Counted from the first letter of the stretch, positions 48,554 through 58,781 are shown. The stretch is DNA of 64,000 nt from an uncultured Bacilli bacterium (GCA_934086145.1 CAKOHV010000001.1:53731-117730), one strand, 5' to 3'. Notes: generated by a model not told the origin, from the letters alone. Numbers and translations are program-made.

Positions 48554-48565
48554 AAACAAATGTTT
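48554..48565. promoter_or_regulatory. Putative LexA operator (Cheo-box-like AAC-N4-GTT palindrome) in the lexA / glycosyltransferase divergent intergenic region
   Basis: aAACaaatGTTt lies ~45 bp upstream of the lexA start. The Firmicutes SOS-box consensus is CGAACATATGTTCG. An adjacent second palindrome is ttacatgtaa. Confidence 0.35.
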
Positions 48566-48690
48566 ACATGTAACATTATTCATAAAAAAGCTTTTTTTGT
48601 CATTATTTTAAGTAGTAAATACATCTAGTTTCGTTAAAAGGTTTAATTTCAAGAAAAAGTATAGTATAATTTTAAGCAGAGGTTGGTAAT

Positions 48691-49824
48691 ATGAAAAAAA
48701 GAATTCTCCTAACTTATGCGATGTATGGTAATGGCCATCGCGCTGTTGCGGAATACATTGAAAATTATTTTAAAACAAAGGATCCTGAATTAGAAATATT
48801 ATCGATAGATTTATTAAAATATTCAACTCCGATTCTTGGAAATTTAAGTCAAAAAGCTACTGATTTCTTTTTACTTAAGTTTCCCTTAGGTTGGTCTTTT
48901 ATCTATAATTTATTTGACAATAAAATAAGTAGTGCCATTGCTAATCAAATGAGCGGACAGCTCTTTAAAAATAAACGTATGAAAAAGATTATTACGGATT
49001 TTAATCCGGATATGACTATTTCTACGCACTTTTTTGGTAGTAGTTTAATTGATTATTATAATCGTAAAGGGTATACAAATTGTAAACTTATCACTGTTGT
49101 AACTGATTATGAAGCTCATGCTTTATGGCTTCGTGGTTATAAAAAAGAGCAAGCTATCATTGTCGGCGACAGTGATGAAGTAAATTACTTAGTAAAAAAA
49201 GGTGTGGCTCGGGATAAAATAAAACCAATTGGTATTCCGATTAATCCTTTAACAAGTAGTGATTTTGATGCTGCGAAAGCTAAGAAAAAATATGGTTTTG
49301 CTGATGATCGTCCTTTGTGTGTATTCTTCGGTGGCGGTGGAAACGGCGGAACACATTCGCTTCCTTACATTAGACGTTTGATTAAACAAAATGTAAATGT
49401 TAACTTTATCTATATCGCTGGTAAGAACCAAATGGCCAAAGAAAAAGTTGAATATTGGCTTAAAAAGTATAACGTTTCTAATATTAAAGCTTTAGGTTAT
49501 GTAAATAATGTCCCTGAACTTTTACAGATGTGCGACTTTGTTATTACTAAACCAGGCGGAGCTCAAACAACCGAAAGCCTTTACTTTAAAAAGCCAGTTA
49601 TCATGATTAATTGCTCTGGTGGTCAAGAAATCGCCAACTATAAATACTTTGTTAAAAATGGCTATGGTCGTCGTTTCCGTACTTCCTTTATGTTTACTAA
49701 ATACTTAAAAGAAATTGCGGCTCATCCAGAAATTATCACTAAAATGCAAAAAAATATGGCGCAGAATAACAATAACCAAGCTATGGCTAAATTATATCAA
49801 ATTGCCATGGATCATTTAAAATAG
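48691..49824 (+). CDS. UgtP/MGDG-synthase-family (GT28) diacylglycerol glycosyltransferase
   Basis: N-terminal ILLTYAMYGNGHRAVAEYI and C-terminal LGYVNNVPELLQMCDFVITKPGGAQTTESL blocks align with Bacillus UgtP (ANYGNGH... ITKPGGITLTEA). Confidence 0.7.
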   Translation: MKKRILLTYAMYGNGHRAVAEYIENYFKTKDPELEILSIDLLKYSTPILGNLSQKATDFFLLKFPLGWSFIYNLFDNKISSAIANQMSGQLFKNKRMKKIITDFNPDMTISTHFFGSSLIDYYNRKGYTNCKLITVVTDYEAHALWLRGYKKEQAIIVGDSDEVNYLVKKGVARDKIKPIGIPINPLTSSDFDAAKAKKKYGFADDRPLCVFFGGGGNGGTHSLPYIRRLIKQNVNVNFIYIAGKNQMAKEKVEYWLKKYNVSNIKALGYVNNVPELLQMCDFVITKPGGAQTTESLYFKKPVIMINCSGGQEIANYKYFVKNGYGRRFRTSFMFTKYLKEIAAHPEIITKMQKNMAQNNNNQAMAKLYQIAMDHLK

Positions 49825-49845
49825 TAAAAATATCATAATTATAAA

Positions 49846-49893
49846 AAACCTATAAAGGTGGCTCAATAATCTGAGTATCCTTTATAGGTTTTT
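49846..49893 (+). terminator. Rho-independent terminator
   Basis: Perfect 13-bp stem aaacctataaagg/cctttataggttt with a 20-nt loop, then a T5 run. Confidence 0.7.
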
Positions 49894-49978
49894 ACTATTT
49901 TAAAAATAATTCATTTAATATCTTTTTAAAATTAGCTAAAATTGTTATAATATTATATAGAGTAGGAGAGTGATATGA

Positions 49979-52012
49979 ATGAATCCAGATTTGGTACATT
50001 CGTTAAATAGTTTAAGAATTCTTAGTATTGATATGATTGATCAAGCAAGTAGTGGTCATCCCGGTATATGTTTAGGTGCCGCTCCTATCATTTTTGCTCT
50101 TTTTGCTAATCATTTAAAAATAAATCCTGCTGATCCTAAATGGATTAATCGTGATCGCTTTGTTATGTCAGCTGGTCATGGGTCAGCTCTTTTATATGCC
50201 ACTTTATTCATGGCTGGATATAATATTTCCATTGATGAACTTGTTAACTTTCGTCGCTTAGACTCATTAACGCCAGGTCATCCAGAGTATGGTAAAACCC
50301 CTGGTGTCGAAGTAACAACGGGACCTCTAGGGCAAGGTTTTGCTAATGCCGTCGGAATGGCCATCGCCGAAAAATATTTACGTAACTTATTGGCTGAACA
50401 AATGCCTAAGCAAAATATTATTGATTATTATACTTATGTTTTAGCATCCGATGGGGACTTGATGGAAGGTGTTGCGACGGAGGCAGCAGCTGTTGCAGGT
50501 AATTTGGCTTTAGACAAATTAATTGTCTTATTTGATTCTAATGATGTCACTTTAGATGGTAGCTTAAAAATGTCTAGTAATGAAGATATTATTCGTAAAT
50601 ATATTGCGATGGGATGGGAAGTTGACTTCGTTCAAGAAGGTAATGATACTCGCGAAATTGATAAAGCTATTACCCGTGCTAAATATAATAAAAAACCAAC
50701 TTTAATTGAAATAAAAACCGTCATTGGTCGTGGTAGTGTCAATGAAGGTAAAAATATTGTTCATGGTAAACCATTAACCAGAGATGATATTAATAACTTA
50801 CGAAAGAAATATAAAATAACGACTAATCCCATGGAAATAACTGAAAATGCCGTTAAATTTTTACGTCTATCTATTGCTAATCGTATTAATGAACCATACA
50901 AAACTTGGCAAAAAGCTTTTCTTGATTTAAAAAAACATGCTAGTGGGGAAGTTCTTAATATTGTTCGTTTCCTTGAGAATCAAGATATTGGTTTAACATT
51001 TAGTTCCACTAATTTTAGAATTCAAAGTGATTATAATGAAGAACTTCGTGAATCCAATTCTAAATTAATGAACATTATTAGTGATCGTACAAAATTTTTC
51101 CTAGGTGGAAGTGCTGATGTTTCCTCATCATGTCACACTAATCTTTATAAAGAAATTGAAATGAGTCGTAAGTATCCAACTGGTCGTAATATTTATTTTG
51201 GGGTTCGTGAACACGCCATGGGAGCTATTTTAAATGGTCTTGCCTTAAGTGGGTTCAAAGTCTTTGGTAGTACTTTCTTAGCTTTCGCTGATTATTTAAA
51301 ACCAGCCTTACGAATGAGTGCTATGATGAATCTTCCTGTTACTTATATTTTTACCCATGATTCGGTTGCCATTGGCCAAGATGGTCCAACCCACGAACCA
51401 ATTGAACAACTAGCTATGCTTCGTTCAACTCCTAACGTTATTGATTTCCGTCCCGCTGATATCAACGAAGTTGTCGGCTGCTGGGATTATATAATGAACA
51501 ATAAAAGAACCGTCTTCTTAGCCCTTTCCAAAGACGAAGCCCATATTCTAGCAGGAACAAGTGGCGAAAAAACCAAACTAGGAGCCTATGTCGTTCGTGA
51601 AGAAAAAGACCATCTTGACGCTATCTTAGTTGCCACCGGCATCGAACTAACCACCGCCTTATTAATTAGCGAAGAATTAAAACACCAAGGCTATGACATC
51701 CGTGTTGTTTCTATGCCATCCATGAATCTTTTTAAAGCTCAAGATGCTGCTTACCAAGAAACAATCCTTCCTAAAGATGCCTTAATCATTACCATCGAAG
51801 CTGGTAGCACCATGCCATGGACTTACTTTACCCCTAAAGAAAACACGATTGGTATCGATGAATATGGCTATAGTGGCACCAAAGATGAAGTCCTTCATAA
51901 ACTACACTTTGATTACGAAAGCATCCTTAATAAAATCACTACTATCATTGGTGAACCTAAAAGCCCTTTAAATGAAACCATCGAAGAACTAATCATGGAA
52001 GATAATGCTTAA
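49979..52012 (+). CDS. tkt: Transketolase
   Basis: 677 aa with the N-terminal thiamine-diphosphate-binding motif SGHPG, GDG...E and the transketolase C-terminal domain. Extended -10 tgttataat and RBS AGGAGAG upstream. Confidence 0.9.
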   Translation: MNPDLVHSLNSLRILSIDMIDQASSGHPGICLGAAPIIFALFANHLKINPADPKWINRDRFVMSAGHGSALLYATLFMAGYNISIDELVNFRRLDSLTPGHPEYGKTPGVEVTTGPLGQGFANAVGMAIAEKYLRNLLAEQMPKQNIIDYYTYVLASDGDLMEGVATEAAAVAGNLALDKLIVLFDSNDVTLDGSLKMSSNEDIIRKYIAMGWEVDFVQEGNDTREIDKAITRAKYNKKPTLIEIKTVIGRGSVNEGKNIVHGKPLTRDDINNLRKKYKITTNPMEITENAVKFLRLSIANRINEPYKTWQKAFLDLKKHASGEVLNIVRFLENQDIGLTFSSTNFRIQSDYNEELRESNSKLMNIISDRTKFFLGGSADVSSSCHTNLYKEIEMSRKYPTGRNIYFGVREHAMGAILNGLALSGFKVFGSTFLAFADYLKPALRMSAMMNLPVTYIFTHDSVAIGQDGPTHEPIEQLAMLRSTPNVIDFRPADINEVVGCWDYIMNNKRTVFLALSKDEAHILAGTSGEKTKLGAYVVREEKDHLDAILVATGIELTTALLISEELKHQGYDIRVVSMPSMNLFKAQDAAYQETILPKDALIITIEAGSTMPWTYFTPKENTIGIDEYGYSGTKDEVLHKLHFDYESILNKITTIIGEPKSPLNETIEELIMEDNA

Positions 52013-52089
52013 CCCATTATCTTTTTTTTCGTCAAAAATAGACTTTTTCTGCTAAAACCATCCTTTAAAATAAAGATGGTGAAGAAAAA

Positions 52090-52506
52090 ATGCGAACATT
52101 CTACATATTTAAAATAAAAAAACCATATGTCATCCTAACTAAACATAATCCCTTTAATCTTTATAAAACTATTGAACATATCTCTAACGTCAAATCAGAT
52201 GAACTAAAAATAGCCACCAACTTATTTAACCAAATCTCTGATACTTTTAACAAAGACCAACTTAATAAACAACTCTTCAAAAAATATCAAAATGCTTATA
52301 GCTATACTAATCACTTAAATACTCATACAATCTACGATTATCATACTAAAGAACAAACCAAATTAATCATTTATCGTAGCTTTATTATTATCAAAAGTAC
52401 CAAGCAAATCCCCAGCTTTTTAAAAACAATTGCGACCACTAACAATCTCTTTATCTGTGATTTTAATAACAAAGACTACTTTTGGTTAGATCAAGCATTC
52501 AATTAA
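52090..52506 (+). CDS. SirA/YneE-like protein (sporulation inhibitor of replication family, DUF2522)
   Basis: The N-terminus RTFYIFKIKKPYV and C-terminus LFICDFNNKDYFWLDQ resemble Bacillus SirA (YYTYLIKEEFA ... LAMDFNSKRYGWLNP). The tkt-yneE-yneF order matches Bacillus. Sequence comparison is from memory. Confidence 0.5.
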   Translation: MRTFYIFKIKKPYVILTKHNPFNLYKTIEHISNVKSDELKIATNLFNQISDTFNKDQLNKQLFKKYQNAYSYTNHLNTHTIYDYHTKEQTKLIIYRSFIIIKSTKQIPSFLKTIATTNNLFICDFNNKDYFWLDQAFN

Positions 52507-52559
52507 ACTTGTTAAATAGTCCTAATTAAGGTAAAATAAGGATACAAAGGAGAGATAAA

Positions 52560-52769
52560 ATGTTAGCTGATATATTATACGTTTTACTTGGTGTTGTTAT
52601 TGGAGCTATTGCTGGTTTCTTTATTGCTAAAAAGGTTTTCACTAAACAATTAAAAGAAAATCCTCCAATTAATGAAAAAATGATTGAAGTTATGATGAGT
52701 AGTATGGGACGTAAACCTAGTCAAAAGCAAGTACGTCAAGTAATGCAACAAATGAACAAATATATGTGA
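52560..52769 (+). CDS. yneF: UPF0154/YneF-family small membrane protein
   Basis: 69 aa with a single N-terminal TM (LADILYVLLGVVIGAIAGFFIAKK) and conserved tail MMSSMGRKPSQKQVRQVMQQM. Confidence 0.75.
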   Translation: MLADILYVLLGVVIGAIAGFFIAKKVFTKQLKENPPINEKMIEVMMSSMGRKPSQKQVRQVMQQMNKYM

Positions 52770-52839
52770 TTTAAATAAGAATATTATTGAAGAAATAATA
52801 TTTTTTTGTTATTCTAATATTATAGAGTAAAGAGGTGTT

Positions 52840-53574
52840 GTGATGTACTCATTAAACATTATTGATAAAATATATAGTAGTAGTTATTTTACAACTTTTT
52901 TAGTCGGAGCTATCGTTTTATTAATTATTTTATTTGTTATTGTCCTTATTATGGGAATTAAAGATTCCAAAAAGATTAATCAAATAGTTGAAGAAGAGGA
53001 AGAACCGACAGATATTACTTTAAAACCATTAGAAGAATTAGAAAAAGATGAAATAAAAGAAGATGTTACTTTTGAAATTCCTTCTATTACGGCTAATTTA
53101 GAAAATTTTAAAAAGAACTTAGAAATTGAATTACAAAAGAATAATAAAGTGGAAACCTTAAATAATAGTAATAAACAATTTAAAGTTACGGAAGTAAATG
53201 AATTAGAAGATACTGTTTTATTAAATCCCGTTGAAATTACTTCTGTTGAAGAAGTTGTTGAAGAAGTTACAGAAATTAAAGAAGAGACCAAAGTTGCCGC
53301 AAGTATGCCAACTATAGCTCAGCCAGAAACTTTACCTTCTCATGATAATGTTGTAGAACAATCAAGTACTATCATTACTAATTCTACGGAAGAAGTACCA
53401 GAAAAGCCATTGAAGCAAGAACGTCCTTTAAAAACCAACTTACTTGATGAAAATCGTTATGAAGAAATTAGAAAAATTTACTTAAGTCAAACGCAAACTA
53501 CACCAAGGACCGAAACTAAAACAAGCGAAGAAGATTTTGATGATGTGTTTGAATTACCATCTTTAAAAGACTAA
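52840..53574 (+). CDS. Hypothetical N-terminally anchored acidic (Glu-rich) protein
   Basis: TM segment FTTFLVGAIVLLIILFVIVLIMG followed by a Glu/Val/Thr-rich region. Confidence 0.5.
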   Translation: MMYSLNIIDKIYSSSYFTTFLVGAIVLLIILFVIVLIMGIKDSKKINQIVEEEEEPTDITLKPLEELEKDEIKEDVTFEIPSITANLENFKKNLEIELQKNNKVETLNNSNKQFKVTEVNELEDTVLLNPVEITSVEEVVEEVTEIKEETKVAASMPTIAQPETLPSHDNVVEQSSTIITNSTEEVPEKPLKQERPLKTNLLDENRYEEIRKIYLSQTQTTPRTETKTSEEDFDDVFELPSLKD

Positions 53575-53676
53575 AAGTAAGAAAAAGAGCCTAAAATATG
53601 CCTATTTATTTGACATAATTTTATAAATCTCTTTTTTTTTGGAATCAATTTTGTTATACTAGCAATGGTGAAAAAA

Positions 53677-55587
53677 ATGACAACAACAAAGTATGATGAA
53701 AATTCTATAAAAATTTTAGAAGGCCTAGAAGCAGTGCGAAAAAGACCCGGTATGTATATTGGTTCAACTGATAAACGAGGCCTTCATCATTTAGTATGGG
53801 AAATCGTTGATAACGCCATCGATGAAAGTATCAATGGCTATGGCGATTACATAAAAATTACCTTAAATAAAGATGGCTCCATTACGGTTGAAGACCATGG
53901 CCGTGGGGTTCCAATCGGCATCCATGAAAGCGGTATGTCCACTCCTGAGGTAGTCTATACCATCTTACATGCCGGTGGTAAATTTGAAGAAGCCGGTTAC
54001 AAAGTATCAGGCGGCTTACATGGCGTAGGTGCTTCCGTTGTCAATGCCTTAAGTAAAAGAATGGAAGTAACAATCTATAAAGAAGGCGTAATTAGTAACA
54101 TAAAATTTGAAAATGGGGGACATGTTGCGCAAAAACTAAAAACTATCGGTACAACTAACCGTACTGGAACAACAGTTAATTTCCTTCCTGATCCTGAAAT
54201 TTTTAAAAGTACTAACTTTTCCTTCACAACAATTACCGAACGTATGCAAGAAAGTGCTTTCTTATTATCAGGTATAACAATTGAAGTTATCGATGAAGAA
54301 GACAAACGTAGTGTTAAATACCATTATGAAAATGGCTTAATCAATTTCGTTGAATATATTAATGAAGGAAAGAATGTCTTACATAAAGTCATTAACTTTA
54401 ATGGTATCAAACAAGGTATCGAAGTAGATATTGCTCTGCAATACCAAGAAGGTTACAATGAAAACATTTTATCTTTCGTTAACAATGTTAAAACAAGTGA
54501 TGGCGGTTCTCATGAAACTGGTTTTAAATCAGGTATTACGAAAGCCTTCAATGATTATGCTAAAGAAAATGGCATTTTAAAAGGCAAAGATAGTTCTTTT
54601 GATGGCTCTGATGTCAGAGAAGGTCTAAGTGCCGTAATAAATTTAAAAATTCCCGAAGCTCTTTTACAATTCGAAGGTCAAACTAAAGGTAAACTAGGAA
54701 CACCAGAAGCTCGTACTGTAACAGAACAAATAACTTATGAAAACATGAAATTCTTCTTAGAAGAAAATCGTGAAATAGCCCTAACTATCGTTGAAAAAGC
54801 ATCACGTAGTAAAGTTGCCCGTGAGGCAGCTCGTAAAGCGCGTGAAGCGGCCCGAAACGGTAAAGGTAAAGAGAAAAAAGATAAAATATTAAGTGGTAAA
54901 CTTGCTAAAGCAACTGGTAAAGATGCCAATAAAAATGAACTATTCTTAGTCGAAGGAGATTCAGCCGGTGGCTCTGCTAAAACAGGACGTAATCGTGAAA
55001 CTCAAGCCATCTTACCATTGCGTGGTAAAGTCTTAAACTGTGAAAAAGCATCCAACAACGATATCCATAATAACGAAGAATTAAATACCTTAACTTACGC
55101 TATCGGAGCTGGCATTGGTAATGAATTTGATGCCTCAGAATCTAATTATGGCAAAGTAATCATCATGACCGATGCCGATGACGATGGTGCTCATATTCAA
55201 ATTCTTCTTCTAACATTCTTCTATCGCTTTATGCGTCCCTTAATTGAAGAAGGAATGTTATATATTGCTAATCCTCCATTATATGCCCTTGATTTTGGCA
55301 AAAACAAAGAGTATGTTGCCACCGATGAAGAATTAGAAGAACGTAAAAAAGAAATAAAACAAAGCTATAAAGTTCAACGTTTCAAAGGACTAGGTGAAAT
55401 GGATGCCGACGAATTATATGAAACAACCATGAACCCAGAAACCCGTAGTCTAATTAAAGTTAGCATAACTGATGCCGCTTTAGCTGAAAAACGAGTATCT
55501 GTTTTAATGGGTGACAAAGTTGAACCACGTAAAGAGTGGATTGAAGAAAACGTTGACTTTACTTTAGAAGACAACTTTAGGAGGTAA
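53677..55587 (+). CDS. parE: Type II topoisomerase ATPase subunit, most likely topoisomerase IV subunit B (ParE)
   Basis: GHKL ATPase, TOPRIM and EGDSAGG motifs are evident. The ParE call over GyrB rests on its partner lacking a GyrA box and on proximity to the lexA-tkt-yneF block, as near the Bacillus par locus. Start chosen at ATG 53677 (MTTTKYDENSIKILEGLEAVRKRPGMYIGS); the track start at 53665 adds MVKK. Confidence 0.7.
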   Translation: MTTTKYDENSIKILEGLEAVRKRPGMYIGSTDKRGLHHLVWEIVDNAIDESINGYGDYIKITLNKDGSITVEDHGRGVPIGIHESGMSTPEVVYTILHAGGKFEEAGYKVSGGLHGVGASVVNALSKRMEVTIYKEGVISNIKFENGGHVAQKLKTIGTTNRTGTTVNFLPDPEIFKSTNFSFTTITERMQESAFLLSGITIEVIDEEDKRSVKYHYENGLINFVEYINEGKNVLHKVINFNGIKQGIEVDIALQYQEGYNENILSFVNNVKTSDGGSHETGFKSGITKAFNDYAKENGILKGKDSSFDGSDVREGLSAVINLKIPEALLQFEGQTKGKLGTPEARTVTEQITYENMKFFLEENREIALTIVEKASRSKVAREAARKAREAARNGKGKEKKDKILSGKLAKATGKDANKNELFLVEGDSAGGSAKTGRNRETQAILPLRGKVLNCEKASNNDIHNNEELNTLTYAIGAGIGNEFDASESNYGKVIIMTDADDDGAHIQILLLTFFYRFMRPLIEEGMLYIANPPLYALDFGKNKEYVATDEELEERKKEIKQSYKVQRFKGLGEMDADELYETTMNPETRSLIKVSITDAALAEKRVSVLMGDKVEPRKEWIEENVDFTLEDNFRR

Positions 55588-55590
55588 AAC

Positions 55591-58173
55591 ATGGCAAAAA
55601 AAGAAGAAAAAACAATCATCGAGAAAATATTTGATTATACCTTAGAAGACATCATGGGCGACCGCTTTGGTCGTTACTCTAAAAGTATCATCCAAGATCG
55701 TGCCTTACCAGATGTCCGTGATGGCTTAAAACCTGTTCAAAGAAGAATTTTATATACCATGTGGGAAGATCATAATACTTTTGACAAACCATATCGTAAA
55801 TGTGCCAAAGCGGTTGGTGATGTCATGGGTAAATACCATCCTCATGGAGATTCATCTATCTATGGAGCCATGATTTACATGTCTCAAAAATGGAAGATGC
55901 GTGAACCATTTATTGATATTCATGGTAACAATGGTTCCATCGATGGCGATGGCCCTGCTGCTTATCGTTATACCGAAACCAGACTAACTAAACTAGCTGA
56001 AATAATGCTAAAAGACATCAATCGTAATGCTATTGAAATGACTTTAAACTATTCTGATGAAGACTTAGAACCAACGGTCTTACCAGCTAACTTTCCTAAC
56101 TTACTAGTTAATGGATCAACAGGTATTTCCGCTGGTTATGCAACTAATATTCCCCCTCATAACTTAGGGGAGGTAATTGATGCGACTATTCATCGTATCG
56201 ACAATCCTAATTGTCACTTAGATACTATCTTAAACATCGTCAAAGGACCGGACTTCCCAACTGGTGGCGTTGTTGAAGGCAAAGAAGGCCTTCTTCAAGC
56301 CTATGAAACTGGTCGTGGTAAAGTTGTTTTAAAAGCCAAGACGGAAATAGTCAAAGAAAAAGGTGTTCATCAAATTATCATCCATGAAATACCATATGAT
56401 GTTTTAAAAGAACAACTTCGTAAGAAAATCGAAGATATTAAAATTGACAAAAAAGTTGATGGTATCACGGATGTTATCGATGTTTCTGACAAAGACCACA
56501 TGGCTAAATTAATCATTGAATTAAAAAAAGATGCCAATGCAGAATTAATCTTAAACTACTTATTTAAAAATACTGATTTACAAGTTAACTATAACTTTAA
56601 CATGGTTGCTATTGTTAATCGTCGTCCTAAACAACTAGGAATCTTAGAAATTTTAGATGCCTTCATTGCCCATCAAAAAGATGTTATCTTAAGAAGAACA
56701 AGATTCGACTTAGAACATGCTAAAGCTCGTCTTCATATCGTTGAAGGTCTACTAAAAGCCGTAGACATCCTTGATGAAATCATTAAGACAATTCGTGCTT
56801 CCAAAAACAAAGCTGATTCAATCGCTAACTTAGTAAGTGCTTATGACTTTACCGAAGAACAAGCAACAGCTATCGTTACGATGCAACTATATCGTCTTTC
56901 TAATACTGATGTAACACAATTACTTAATGAACAAAAAGATTTAAATATTCGTATTGAATTCTTAAATTCTATCTTAAATGATGAAAATATCTTAAAAAGA
57001 CGTATGAAACAAGAAATAGCTGAAATTAAAAAAGAATATGCTAATCCTCGTCGTACCGAAATTCGTGATGAGATAACCGAAATAAAAATCGATGCTAAAG
57101 ACATGATTAGTAAGGAAAATGTTATCGTTGTAACTACTAATGATGGTTATGTAAAACGTATTCCGCTAAAATCATATGTTAGTTCCCAAGGCGAACCAAC
57201 TACTCTTAAACCAGGTGACTTTATTCGTGGCTTCTATAGTACTACGACCGTCGATACTTTATTGATGTTTACTAACTTAGGTCACTATTTATATGTTCCA
57301 ATTCATGAAATCGTTGAAACTAAATGGAAAGAACTAGGTAAACATATTAGTAACTTAATTCAAATTGGTGCTGAAGAAAAAATAATTGCGACAATGATTT
57401 TAGATGATCCAAATCAAAATATCATCATGACTACTAAAAATGGTATAACTAAACGTACTAAGTTAGAAGATTTAATTGTTAGTCGTTATACTAAACCAAT
57501 TAATGCCATGAAATTAAAAGATGGCGATGAATTAGTTAGTGTTATCAAGGACAATTCTTCTGTTATCTTTATTACCAAAACGGGTCATTATCTAAATGTA
57601 GCTTCTGAGGAAATTCCTATTGTTGGTGCTAAAGCTGCCGGGGTTAAAGGAATCAGCCTTAAAGATGACGAAGTCGTTACTTGCTTATCTCCAGCCCAAG
57701 ACGCCGAATACCTTGCTGTCTTTACTAACAAAAATACAGCCAAACGTTTGAAAATTGCCGACTTAGAAGTTTCAACTCGTGCGAAGAAAGGTAATACTTT
57801 AATTAAAAAAGTTAAATCAACTAACTATGCCATAACAAATGCTCTTATCCTTAACAATCACGAAATCATCGGCTTAAAAATTGATGGTGACTTCAAAGAA
57901 ATCAGGGCTACTGAACTGCCAATCATGGATTTATCATCAACTGGTAGTACTATTTCTAAAGTTAACATTGATGCTTCATATATCATTCCTGAACTTGAAG
58001 AACGTAAACTAGAACTAGGAACCATTACCCCTAAACCAGCACAACAAGAACCAAACGAAGTTCAAGAAGAAATCGAAGTCCTTGATGAACCAGAAATCTT
58101 AGAACTACCTAAGACCAAACAAGAAATTGAAGAACTAACCCTTGATGATTTCTTAGATGATTTTAAATTATAA
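55591..58173 (+). CDS. parC: Type II topoisomerase subunit A, most likely topoisomerase IV subunit A (ParC)
   Basis: Catalytic-Tyr region (AAYRYTETRL) and the GyrA/ParC N-terminal domain. No QRRGGKG GyrA-box is visible in the C-terminal beta-pinwheel. RBS GGAGG. Confidence 0.7.
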   Translation: MAKKEEKTIIEKIFDYTLEDIMGDRFGRYSKSIIQDRALPDVRDGLKPVQRRILYTMWEDHNTFDKPYRKCAKAVGDVMGKYHPHGDSSIYGAMIYMSQKWKMREPFIDIHGNNGSIDGDGPAAYRYTETRLTKLAEIMLKDINRNAIEMTLNYSDEDLEPTVLPANFPNLLVNGSTGISAGYATNIPPHNLGEVIDATIHRIDNPNCHLDTILNIVKGPDFPTGGVVEGKEGLLQAYETGRGKVVLKAKTEIVKEKGVHQIIIHEIPYDVLKEQLRKKIEDIKIDKKVDGITDVIDVSDKDHMAKLIIELKKDANAELILNYLFKNTDLQVNYNFNMVAIVNRRPKQLGILEILDAFIAHQKDVILRRTRFDLEHAKARLHIVEGLLKAVDILDEIIKTIRASKNKADSIANLVSAYDFTEEQATAIVTMQLYRLSNTDVTQLLNEQKDLNIRIEFLNSILNDENILKRRMKQEIAEIKKEYANPRRTEIRDEITEIKIDAKDMISKENVIVVTTNDGYVKRIPLKSYVSSQGEPTTLKPGDFIRGFYSTTTVDTLLMFTNLGHYLYVPIHEIVETKWKELGKHISNLIQIGAEEKIIATMILDDPNQNIIMTTKNGITKRTKLEDLIVSRYTKPINAMKLKDGDELVSVIKDNSSVIFITKTGHYLNVASEEIPIVGAKAAGVKGISLKDDEVVTCLSPAQDAEYLAVFTNKNTAKRLKIADLEVSTRAKKGNTLIKKVKSTNYAITNALILNNHEIIGLKIDGDFKEIRATELPIMDLSSTGSTISKVNIDASYIIPELEERKLELGTITPKPAQQEPNEVQEEIEVLDEPEILELPKTKQEIEELTLDDFLDDFKL

Positions 58174-58179
58174 TAATAA

Positions 58180-58219
58180 AATCACTTATTAAACATAACA
58201 TTTAATAGGTGATTTTTTT
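58180..58219 (+). terminator. Rho-independent terminator whose 3' arm contains the RBS (AGGTGA) of the next gene
   Basis: 14-bp stem aatcacttattaaa/tttaataggtgatt (13 of 14 paired), loop cataaca, then a T7 run immediately followed by ATG 58220. Confidence 0.6.
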
Positions 58220-58561
58220 ATGGGAAAAGAAGAATTTAAAAACTTTGTTAAAACAAAACCTGAATTAATTGATTATATTGAAGACAATTCTATGACTTGG
58301 CAAAAATTCTATGAAATATATGATATGTATGGCGAAGACGAAAGCGTTTGGCAACGTTATAGTAAAAAAAAGACCCCAGAAAATCCTAAAGTATCTAATT
58401 TTATGGACAAAATTGATATTGATACTATTCGTTCACACATTGACACTGCGCAAAAAGCTTTAGGTGTTATTAGTGAATTAACTACTAAAGGAAATGAATC
58501 TATTTCTAACATCATTAAACCTAAAGCAGAAAGACCAATTACCAAGTTCTTTGGAGATTAA
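58220..58561 (+). CDS. Hypothetical protein (113 aa)
   Basis: ORF immediately after the parC terminator. No domain recognised. Confidence 0.45.
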   Translation: MGKEEFKNFVKTKPELIDYIEDNSMTWQKFYEIYDMYGEDESVWQRYSKKKTPENPKVSNFMDKIDIDTIRSHIDTAQKALGVISELTTKGNESISNIIKPKAERPITKFFGD

Positions 58562-58562
58562 A

Positions 58563-58781
58563 ATGAAACAAGTTGTTTTAGCTAATATCAAAAAAGATAA
58601 AATGTATGACTATCTTAAACAGAACTCTTTCTATATAAAAGATTTAAATCGTAATCCCTTACTTTACACCCAGTTTAAAGAATATATCAAAGACAAATAT
58701 CATCTACGTCTAACCGACAAAGTAGAGGGAATTATAAACGACATTGAAACAGTAAGTGATATCATGAAAGTGATAAAATAA
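58563..58781 (+). CDS. Hypothetical small protein (72 aa)
   Basis: Start chosen at ATG 58563 behind RBS GGAGA. A degraded copy of its 3' end sits at 59181-59255. Confidence 0.45.
   Translation: MKQVVLANIKKDKMYDYLKQNSFYIKDLNRNPLLYTQFKEYIKDKYHLRLTDKVEGIINDIETVSDIMKVIK

Noticed and set aside
48691-49824. Interpreting the glycosyltransferase as a peptidoglycan MurG
   Set aside because: MurG and MGDG synthases share the GT28 fold, but the N-terminal YGNGH block and overall alignment match UgtP/MGDG synthase rather than the MurG G-loop pattern.
53677-58173. Alternative call of the topoisomerase pair as DNA gyrase (gyrB-gyrA)
   Set aside because: The A subunit shows no QRRGGKG GyrA-box in its C-terminal domain. 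The locus is not next to dnaA/dnaN/recF. The neighbourhood (lexA, tkt, yneE-like, yneF) matches the Bacillus region near parE-parC. This remains a motif-based judgement.
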